Below the pieces are notes generated by a model. It made no database searches. It was not told where the DNA came from and saw only the letters and a list, made by a program, of their open reading frames with translations. Shown here piece by piece: positions 1 through 6,933 of a stretch of DNA of 36,031 bases. Source of the stretch: an uncultured Oscillospiraceae bacterium (GTDB taxonomy: Bacteria; Bacillota; Clostridia; Oscillospirales; CAG-382); the NCBI GenBank assembly GCA_964544455.1, contig CAZJCI010000001.1, positions 1-36,031 on the forward strand, read 5' to 3'. Every line of letters begins with the position of its first letter. Position 1 is the stretch's first letter. The translations under genes and the position numbers were made by a program.

Positions 1-1021
1 CCTCAAGCATACGGAAATTCGTTATTCCCTGCGGATTGTTTGCCGTAGCGTTTTTCCATTTAAAACTTTGAGAGTCTGCGGGAACAAGATTTGCGTTTGT
101 GGTATAATAATACTTATAATCATAGCCCGTCGAATTTCCGTCCGAATCATAAATATCAAACGTACACTTAAAGGAAACCACCTTTTTATAGTCAACGTTT
201 GTAACAGTAATACTTACATAAGTTTCCCCGTCGGAATTTTCAAACGAAACTCCGCTGCAAGCAACGGGAGCTTTAACCTCGTTTCTCCATAAATCCATTG
301 CGGAAGTACGTAAAGCATACAAAGAAAATTCGTGCTTTGTGCCGGTTAAATAATTGAGCCAAAAAGTTGTAAGCTGTATATTTTCATAATGTTTGCCTGC
401 GTCCCTGTTTTCAGCAAATTTTTGCTCCGCATACGCAAAAGCTCTGTCTTCCCAAAGATACCAACCGACATTTTGATATGCTTCAACATCATAAGGCGCA
501 ACTTCTATCGTTCGCCCGTCAAGCGAATACAGCTTAACTGCTTCGTGCCACCCAACGTTTTTATAAAGCGGCGCTTGCAAAAGCGGTATTCCCAACGCCC
601 TGCCGTCGGTTGAATAAACGTTTACATATTTACAGTAAAAATATGTGTCACTTGATTCATCGGAATATTTAGGTTCAAGCTCAAGCATTGCCGTAAGTTC
701 CGGAACATCTGTATATTCGGCTTGAGGATTAAAATCCAAAACTTCGAGCGGCATACCGTTATGGTCATAACACCGCACAACCATATCCATAAAAATATAA
801 TCGGAGTTTGTATTTAACGAATAAGTTATTCTGCTTTTGCCGGTACCGATTAAATTTTCAACCGAATTCACTTCAAAATCCGTCATTGTGAAAGAAGAAT
901 CGCCCAATTCATCAACACTCGTAAAAGTTACCGGACATTCGGACTGTCTTTGCGCAAAAACCGAAGCGTTCAGAACCGTAACCGCTGCCACGGCGAATAT
1001 TCCCAAAAACAACCTTTTCAT
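1..1021 (-). CDS. secreted protein of unknown function (C-terminus runs off the left edge)
   Basis: Absent from the ORF track because it has no stop in the window. My hand translation of the minus strand from the ATG at 1021-1019 stays open to nt 1, about 340 codons. The N-terminus MKRLFLGIFAVAAVTVLNASVFA/QRQ looks like a Sec signal peptide with an AxA-type cleavage site. AGGGGTG lies 5 nt upstream of the ATG. No family recognised. Confidence 0.6.
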   Translation of the reverse strand, partial: MKRLFLGIFAVAAVTVLNASVFAQRQSECPVTFTSVDELGDSSFTMTDFEVNSVENLIGTGKSRITYSLNTNSDYIFMDMVVRCYDHNGMPLEVLDFNPQAEYTDVPELTAMLELEPKYSDESSDTYFYCKYVNVYSTDGRALGIPLLQAPLYKNVGWHEAVKLYSLDGRTIEVAPYDVEAYQNVGWYLWEDRAFAYAEQKFAENRDAGKHYENIQLTTFWLNYLTGTKHEFSLYALRTSAMDLWRNEVKAPVACSGVSFENSDGETYVSITVTNVDYKKVVSFKCTFDIYDSDGNSTGYDYKYYYTTNANLVPADSQSFKWKNATANNPQGITNFRMLE

Positions 1022-1056
1022 AACAACACCCCTAACGCTTTATATATAAAAGCCGC

Positions 1057-2031
1057 TTATGCCCAAAACATACCGTTCGGCTTGGGTTCGGAAATAATAA
1101 CGCCCTTAAGGAACGCCACCGCCTTTTCCAAACCTTCCTTGCTTGTCATATAGCTGTCTTCATGCTCAATGCTCATAACATGGTTATAGCCTATAAGCTG
1201 AAGAGCGGATACCATTTCTTTCCAAGTTTCCGCACTTGTGCCGTAGCCAAGACTTCTGAATACCCAGCTTCTGTTAATTTCGTCGCTGTAATGCTTATAA
1301 TCCAAAACTCCGTTAACGGCGGTATTATATTTATCAATCTTTGTATCCTTTGCATGGAAGTGGAACATAGCCCCTGCCTTGCCGATTTCTATAATCGCCT
1401 TAGCAGGATCTATTCCCTGCCAAATAAGATGCGACGGGTCAAAGTTCGCGCCGATAATATCGCCAACGGCGTTTCTCAGCTTAAACAAAGTTTCCGTGTT
1501 ATATACGCAAAAACCGGGATGCATTTCAAACGCAATTTTCTTAACGCCGTATTGCTTTGCAATTTCGGCTTTCTTTTTCCAATAAGGAATAAGAACGTCG
1601 TTCCACTGATAATCAATTACTTCAAGATATTCCGGCGGCCATGCGCAAGTTACCCAGTTGGGCATTTTATCTTCGGGACTTCCGCCGGGGCAACCCGAAA
1701 AAGTAATAACAGTGTCAATTTCAAGCTCGTTTGCAAGCCTGCAAGCTCTGTCGAATTCATAATCGCACTTAGCGGCAAAATCCTTATCCGGCGATACTCC
1801 GTTACCGTGCACGGAAAGAGCCGAAATAATCGTTCCGTATTTTGGGAAAAGCTCCTTATATGCCTTAAGTTTAGCCTTATCCGCAAGCAAATCTTCAGGA
1901 TGCGAATGCGCTTCTCCCGGATAACCGCCAACGCCGATTTCCACAGCCTCAACGCCAATCGAAGTAACATATTTAAGCATTTCTTCCACTTGCATATTGC
2001 TAAGTGAAGCCGTTACAAGACCTAATTTCAT
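1057..2031 (-). CDS. sugar phosphate isomerase/epimerase, xylose isomerase-like TIM barrel family
   Basis: Track ORF 1057..2052. The 2052 start is a TTG. The ATG at 2031 (MKLGLVTASL) is preceded by GGAGGAC, so I prefer it. Family-typical segments are VEAVEIG, FEMHPG, FHFHAKD and SIEHED. It lies 35 nt upstream of the secreted-protein gene on the same strand. Confidence 0.8.
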   Translation of the reverse strand: MKLGLVTASLSNMQVEEMLKYVTSIGVEAVEIGVGGYPGEAHSHPEDLLADKAKLKAYKELFPKYGTIISALSVHGNGVSPDKDFAAKCDYEFDRACRLANELEIDTVITFSGCPGGSPEDKMPNWVTCAWPPEYLEVIDYQWNDVLIPYWKKKAEIAKQYGVKKIAFEMHPGFCVYNTETLFKLRNAVGDIIGANFDPSHLIWQGIDPAKAIIEIGKAGAMFHFHAKDTKIDKYNTAVNGVLDYKHYSDEINRSWVFRSLGYGTSAETWKEMVSALQLIGYNHVMSIEHEDSYMTSKEGLEKAVAFLKGVIISEPKPNGMFWA

Positions 2032-2068
2032 AATATTGTCCTCCAAATTCAAAAATAATTATACTGTT

Positions 2069-3418
2069 TTAATTTAATGAGATATATGCGACTTTGCGTT
2101 TTTCCATATGTATTAATATTTTTCCATCGTCGATTTTCGCTTTCGGAAGAGTAATAACTTTTTCCGTTCCGTCATCCGATTCATCATAAACGGTAACAAC
2201 GTAATTGCCGTATTTGCAATTGTTAAGCCGTATTTCAATTTCGCCTTCAAGTTCTCTTGAAACAAGCATTATTCCGGCGTTATTCCCATCAGCAGCGGCA
2301 AGAACGTTAAGCGCACCTTCCGAATCGCCTGTCGTTTCAACTTCGTTTTCAAGACGGTAAATTTTGTCAAACGCTTGCATAGCTCCGTATGCGGCATACG
2401 GAATAACGGTTTTTCCGTCCGTAGCCGTTCCGAAAAAGTTATTATAAGTTTGGTTTATATAAATACCGTACTGCATAAGTATATCAATACTGCTTTTTTG
2501 AGCAATAATAAGCGACGCCGCCATATCCGCAAAACTGCCTTTTACAAAAGGCGTGAAAGAGCGAAAACAGTAATACATATTAAATTCATCAAGTATGCTT
2601 TCGCAATTACGTAATCCGTATTCTTCAAGAATATTTTCGGCAAACTTTGCATGCAACGCAATTTCTTCGGGAAAGTCGGCATAACAATGCCAGGAAAAAA
2701 AGTCCAGCGGTGCTTTGGTTTTTCCGTCCGTTATATATTTCAAAAAATCGTGCATATACGGAACAAGAGTTTTAAACCATTCCGACGGATTTTCACGATT
2801 CAGCATATAAAATCCGCTGAAGCCGCAACCGCCAACCTTTATTTTGTTTCCAAACCGTTTTTTCAGTCTGTTTGCGGTTAATCCGTACAGCTCAAAGAAC
2901 TCATCTTTTGTTCCGGTCCACATCTTATCGTTATCCGGTTCGTTCCATATTTCCCAATATTCAATTCCCAAATAAAAACCGTTTGCCCAGCCTTCGTTGT
3001 AATGGCTGATAATGTGCTCGCAAATTCTTGCCCATTTTTCGGGGGATTTCGGCGGATTTACGTATAATTTTTTCGGGTAATGGTCAATCGATTCTCCCAA
3101 ACGGTAAAATACCTTTGCTCCCGAATTCACAATAGCGTTAATATAGCTGTCGGTCGGAGCAAAATTATATGAACTTTCATCGTTTTCATCAGCGTCAAAA
3201 TTCGGAAATATACAGTGTATATCCACAAACTGATTACTTCCGTAAGGATATTCCACATCGTGAAGACGAGAATATGTAATTCCCATTTCGCGAAACTGTT
3301 TTGTCATATCCTTTGAAAGTTTTGCGCCACCTTGCCTCGGACCGCAGTTTGTTCCGTTCATCGGCTTAATTTTACCATTAATTTTACCGAAATCAACGGA
3401 AATATTAAATTTGCTCAT
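2069..3418 (-). CDS. cytoplasmic clan GH-A glycoside hydrolase (GH39/GH5-like)
   Basis: 449-aa ORF with an ATG start. It has a YWEIWNEPD segment (the N-E-P acid/base motif of clan GH-A TIM-barrel hydrolases). No signal peptide. The exact GH family cannot be fixed by eye. Confidence 0.65.
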   Translation of the reverse strand: MSKFNISVDFGKINGKIKPMNGTNCGPRQGGAKLSKDMTKQFREMGITYSRLHDVEYPYGSNQFVDIHCIFPNFDADENDESSYNFAPTDSYINAIVNSGAKVFYRLGESIDHYPKKLYVNPPKSPEKWARICEHIISHYNEGWANGFYLGIEYWEIWNEPDNDKMWTGTKDEFFELYGLTANRLKKRFGNKIKVGGCGFSGFYMLNRENPSEWFKTLVPYMHDFLKYITDGKTKAPLDFFSWHCYADFPEEIALHAKFAENILEEYGLRNCESILDEFNMYYCFRSFTPFVKGSFADMAASLIIAQKSSIDILMQYGIYINQTYNNFFGTATDGKTVIPYAAYGAMQAFDKIYRLENEVETTGDSEGALNVLAAADGNNAGIMLVSRELEGEIEIRLNNCKYGNYVVTVYDESDDGTEKVITLPKAKIDDGKILIHMEKRKVAYISLN

Positions 3419-3448
3419 TATTTTTCATACCTGTTTTGATAAAACACA

Positions 3449-4537
3449 TTAATTAAAATAATAAGGCTTTCCGGTTTTTGCGGATTCATAAATTCCCTCA
3501 AGTATTTGTGTTACGCAATATGCCTGTTCCGGAAGAACAACCGGGTCGGTATCGTTAAGAATCGCATTAATCCATGCTCTTGCGTCTCTTTCCTGCGGAG
3601 AACCGTTGCCGTTGCCGTCGTAAAATGCAACGCCGCCCGCTTCAAGGTCGGGAGTTTTTGTATACTGCTTTCCGCATTCAACTCCGTTAATTCTGACTTT
3701 TCCGGTAAATGTATCGAGTCCTTCTTTGGTTCCGCAAAGCTGATAACGTGTTTCTCTCACTTCAAGAGTATTAAGTGCCCATGCGGATTCAAGCACTATT
3801 GTCGCGCCGTTTTCCATAACCACAAATCCAAATGCGGAATCTTCAACCGTAAATTCTTCGGGTTTCCAATCTCCCCAAGCGTTGGCGGTTCTTGTTTGAT
3901 TGTTAAGCTTGTGATATGTTGTTCCAACGCAATATTTAGGTTTATAATTGTTCATCATCCAAAGAGTAAGGTCAAGCGCATGAGTACCGATATCAATAAG
4001 CGGACCGCCGCCCTGTTCATATTCGTTAAGGAACACACCCCATGTGGGAACAGCTCTTCTTCTTATTGCATGAGCCTTTGCAAAATAAATATCGCCAAGA
4101 TTTCCGTTATCGCAATATTCCTTTGCAAACTGATTTTCGGCAGCCTGTCTGCCCTGATAGCCGATTGATAACTTTTTACCGCTTTCCTTTGCGGCATCAA
4201 GCATTTTTTTCGCTTCGGCGGAATTAATTGCCATGGGCTTTTCGCACATTACGTGTTTTCCCGCATGAAGAGCGTCAACGGTAATAAAACTGTGGCTTCT
4301 GTTAGGTGTGCAAACGTGAACAACGTCAATGCTTTCGTCCTTCAAAAGTTCCTTATAATCCGTATAAACCTTTGAGCCTTCCGCACCGAATTCTCTTGCC
4401 GCTTTTTGCGCTTTCCATTCAATAATATCGCAAAAAGCCACCATTTCGATTTCCGGAATTTTTTTCAAAGACGGCATATGCTTTCCGTTTGCAATACCGC
4501 CGCATCCAATGATGCCTATTCTCAATTTCTTTTCCAT
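3449..4537 (-). CDS. Gfo/Idh/MocA family NAD(P)-dependent oxidoreductase
   Basis: Track ORF 3449..4576. The internal ATG at 4537 (MEKKLRIGIIGCGGIANGKH) has AAAGGAA 9 nt upstream and puts the Rossmann GxGxxG at the N-terminus. It also has the family-typical MCEKPMA segment. Confidence 0.85.
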   Translation of the reverse strand: MEKKLRIGIIGCGGIANGKHMPSLKKIPEIEMVAFCDIIEWKAQKAAREFGAEGSKVYTDYKELLKDESIDVVHVCTPNRSHSFITVDALHAGKHVMCEKPMAINSAEAKKMLDAAKESGKKLSIGYQGRQAAENQFAKEYCDNGNLGDIYFAKAHAIRRRAVPTWGVFLNEYEQGGGPLIDIGTHALDLTLWMMNNYKPKYCVGTTYHKLNNQTRTANAWGDWKPEEFTVEDSAFGFVVMENGATIVLESAWALNTLEVRETRYQLCGTKEGLDTFTGKVRINGVECGKQYTKTPDLEAGGVAFYDGNGNGSPQERDARAWINAILNDTDPVVLPEQAYCVTQILEGIYESAKTGKPYYFN

Positions 4538-4593
4538 AACTGAAAATTCCTTTCTTTTTTTTGCCATATACGGCATTTTTAGCTTATATCGAA

Positions 4594-4615
4594 AAGAGTT
4601 GACAAATTAACTCTT
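4594..4615. promoter_or_regulatory. inverted repeat AAGAGTT-N8-AACTCTT, candidate operator in the leader of the sugar operon
   Basis: 7-bp perfect arms at 4594-4600 and 4609-4615. The repeat lies just downstream of the predicted minus-strand transcription start (about 4618) and upstream of the oxidoreductase RBS. No regulator gene is visible in the window. Confidence 0.3.
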
Positions 4616-4624
4616 CCGTTTTAT

Positions 4625-4653
4625 ATATTACCACATATAATTGAATTTTTCAA
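4625..4653 (-). promoter_or_regulatory. sigma-A type promoter for the minus-strand sugar operon
   Basis: On the minus strand: TTGAAA (4653-4648), a 17-nt spacer, then TGgTAATAT (-10 at 4630-4625, with the extended TG). Confidence 0.55.
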
Positions 4654-4730
4654 GTACTTATAAAAAATTAAACCATTTTTTTATATATATAAGCATTTTT
4701 TCAATACTCCTCTCATTCAAAAAAACGCAG

Positions 4731-5072
4731 TTATCTGTAATATTTATAAAACGCTGTAATTTCCCTTTCTCTTTCGGTGCAATAATCATATCCTTTCAAA
4801 ACCACTCCGTCCGCACTCATAAGCTCTCCCATTGTAAGCGAAAGAATTTCGGCTCTGAAAATTTCGGTAATTCCGCAAGTAACGGCAAGTTCTTCGCCGC
4901 CCGGAAGAATATTAATGTGCCCCTCTCTGCCGACAATTTCTTCTATCCCGTCAAAACGTTCAGTAACGTATCTGACATGGCGGTTGTTTATTTTTTCCGC
5001 AAAAGCCTTTTTAAAAGCCGATGAATTGTCGCTCTTAAAAAAAATATGTTTAATTTTGTCTTTCAGCTTCAT
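4731..5072 (-). CDS. hypothetical protein, 113 aa
   Basis: ATG start with AAAGGGGAAAG 3 nt upstream. It has its own good promoter (next feature). No family recognised, and no signal peptide or TM segment. Confidence 0.55.
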   Translation of the reverse strand: MKLKDKIKHIFFKSDNSSAFKKAFAEKINNRHVRYVTERFDGIEEIVGREGHINILPGGEELAVTCGITEIFRAEILSLTMGELMSADGVVLKGYDYCTEREREITAFYKYYR

Positions 5073-5166
5073 ATGCTTTCCCCTTTGTTTTCAGCACTGA
5101 TTCCATTATATGTAAAATATATCAAATTCCGAATATACGCCTATAAAAAAATCATTCCATATAATT

Positions 5167-5195
5167 ATTTTAACATCAACGCCCTTTTTCGTCAA
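5167..5195 (-). promoter_or_regulatory. sigma-A type promoter for the 113-aa gene
   Basis: On the minus strand: TTGACG (5195-5190), a 17-nt spacer, then TGtTAAAAT (-10 at 5172-5167). Confidence 0.5.
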
Positions 5196-5515
5196 CAGTT
5201 AATAAAAAAAGTTACAAACCGTCCGAACAAAAAAATTAACTATATCCCACATTTCCAATGCAAATAACGCAACCTTAAAGTGCTTTGTCTTTTACCGTCA
5301 CCCCATTACCGTCATATAACAAAACGACGCTCATCAAAATGAACGCCGCAGTTTAATAAATTTCCGATAATTCCACATATCAATAAGTCAAATTCTCGTT
5401 AAAAAAAGTAATCTAAATGCTTTCGTTTATTTTCATTCTTTATTTCATAATCTGATTGCAATTTTTCACAACCCATAATTTCCGTATTTTATTTCAGAAT
5501 ATTCGCCGTAATTTG

Positions 5516-6355
5516 TTATTTCATTTTACCCGTAACCTTTTTATTTTTAACGTTTTTTCTTCCGACTGTTTTTTCAATGTTATCAACCGAATTTTTTTGC
5601 ACGCCGTTTTTTAAAACAAGCGATTTCAATGCCTCCATTGCATTTGCAAGTCCGCCCACCTCGTCAATAAGTCCGATTTTCACTGCCGATTCTCCGTCTA
5701 TAACGCTTCCCACGTCCGTTGCAATTTCGTCGGTTTTCATCATCAAATCAAGCAATTCCTCTTTTTTTGCTTTCGAATGAAAAACAATAAAGTTCAATAT
5801 TCTTTCCTGCATTTTTGAAAAATAAGCAAAAGATTGCGGCACACCGATAACAAGTCCGTTCATTCGCACCGGGTGAAGCGTCATTGTGGCGGAAGGAACA
5901 ATAAAAGATTTATCCGCACAAACCGCAAGCGGAACGCCAATGGAATGTCCGCCGCCAAGTACAAGCGAAACGCTCGGTTTGGACATTCCCGCAACGGTTT
6001 CGGCAATGGCAAGTCCCGCTTCAACATCTCCGCCGACAGTATTAAGCAATAACAAAAGACCGTCTATATCGTCCCTATCCTCAATTCCCACCAATTGCGG
6101 CAAAACGTGTTCGTATTTTGTGGTTTTAACCTGCGGCGAAAGTGCCGAATGTCCCTCAATCTGACCTGCAATAATTATGGTATGAATCGAAATACCGCCG
6201 TTTTTTGTCGTAATGCTTCCGCTGTCCTCAATATTCGAAAATTGAACGGAATTTTTCTCGGCAATTTCCTTTTCTTCGTCCGAATATTTTTCTTTATCCT
6301 GTTCCGAGTCGTAAGCAAGCTTATCGGCAACGCTTTTGTTTTTTTCAATATTCAT
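5516..6355 (-). CDS. tepA: TepA-like ClpP-fold protein (translocation-enhancing protein TepA / YmfB family)
   Basis: Long colinear blocks match B. subtilis TepA as I recall it: IIAGQIEGH, KTTKYEHVLPQLV, LNTVGGDVEAGLAIAE, SKPSVSLVLGGGHSIGVPLAV, MTLHPVR, GVPQSF, KMQERI. Confidence 0.85.
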   Translation of the reverse strand: MNIEKNKSVADKLAYDSEQDKEKYSDEEKEIAEKNSVQFSNIEDSGSITTKNGGISIHTIIIAGQIEGHSALSPQVKTTKYEHVLPQLVGIEDRDDIDGLLLLLNTVGGDVEAGLAIAETVAGMSKPSVSLVLGGGHSIGVPLAVCADKSFIVPSATMTLHPVRMNGLVIGVPQSFAYFSKMQERILNFIVFHSKAKKEELLDLMMKTDEIATDVGSVIDGESAVKIGLIDEVGGLANAMEALKSLVLKNGVQKNSVDNIEKTVGRKNVKNKKVTGKMK

Positions 6356-6382
6356 TTATACCGCAACCGCCTTAAAAAATAA

Positions 6383-6433
6383 AATATAACTCCGCATTTT
6401 GGCATATTATTGCCCAAAATGCGGAGTTATATT
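6383..6433 (-). terminator. very stable hairpin with a U-tract (intrinsic-terminator-like), 27 nt upstream of the tepA start codon
   Basis: Arms 6383-6402 and 6414-6433 are perfect 20-nt reverse complements (AATATAACTCCGCATTTTGG / CCAAAATGCGGAGTTATATT) with an 11-nt loop. On the minus strand the hairpin is followed by TTATTTTTTAAGG. On the plus strand it is followed by CAATTTTTAT. Confidence 0.6.
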
Positions 6434-6855
6434 CAATTTTTATCATTTTACCGCATCGTCGCACAAAACAGCTTTTGCATAATAATTCGCCGTACAAAAA
6501 ACGTGCTTTACTATATAATAATATACTTATATATCCGCATACTTACACACATGGCAGTATGCATAAATACAGCACAGCATAACACAGCCCGCAAATTTGC
6601 AAGAAAATTCTTTTTGCGCATATTATACCGTTCTTATAAACTCGAAAATATTCCGTCAGCCAACAGCCTAACCGCAAACGGCCGAATTCGCTTTGACGCG
6701 CCGCAAACTGTTTTTGAACCGTATTTTTGCAACTGTTTTAATTTTGAATATCCGCACTCAAGCACGCCGACAAACTTCAACCGTTGTGTTTAAAAATTTA
6801 CCGCCGAAAAATTCCGTTTCGCCAAACAGTTTTCACAAAATTTTCGGTTATCGAG

Positions 6856-6884
6856 TTGCAAAACGCAAAATACTGTGCTATAAT
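6856..6884 (+). promoter_or_regulatory. sigma-A type promoter for the giant ORF and mreB
   Basis: TTGCAA (6856-6861), a 17-nt spacer, then TGcTATAAT (-10 at 6879-6884). This is about 50 nt upstream of the ATG at 6934, which has AAAGGAA 7 nt upstream. Confidence 0.6.
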
Positions 6885-6933
6885 ATTGTCCGATATAATT
6901 TTTTATATATAATATAACCGAAAGGAACTGAAT

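Noticed and set aside
1162-2007. 281-aa plus-strand ORF, with the same pattern at 3506..4168 (+), 11989..12495 (-), 13866..14489 (-), 19534..20382 (-), 23232..23885 (-) and 29120..29743 (-)
   Set aside because: Each lies fully antisense to a gene with unmistakable family motifs: isomerase, Gfo/Idh/MocA, mreB, hpt, nusA, infB and recA. They lack RBSs and translate to low-complexity Phe/Arg/Lys-rich strings. These are shadow ORFs typical of this codon bias.
5326-5347. Imperfect hairpin (GACGCTCAT / ATGAACGCC) about 170 nt downstream of tepA as its terminator
   Set aside because: There are two mismatches in a 9-bp stem and it is far from the stop codon. I could not find a better tepA terminator, so tepA 3'-end formation remains unresolved.
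6448-6480. 10-codon minus-strand mini-ORF (MQKLFCATMR) ending about 15 nt before the tepA-proximal hairpin; possible leader peptide
   Set aside because: There is no convincing Shine-Dalgarno upstream, and such short ORFs occur by chance. I cannot support it without ribosome profiling or conservation data.
6410-6793. 127-aa plus-strand ORF inside the long tepA / giant-gene intergenic region (also 6693..6917 and 6878..7063)
   Set aside because: It starts inside the terminator hairpin and has no RBS. The translation is Ile/Tyr/Arg-rich with no recognisable fold or motif. I treat the region as non-coding.
6356-6933. Known riboswitch, T-box, 6S, SRP or tmRNA identity for the long non-coding region
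   Set aside because: On either strand I could not find the conserved T-box sequence or specifier-loop features, SRP domain IV motifs, 6S-like end pairing, or any riboswitch core I recognise. It is left as an unclassified candidate in the findings.
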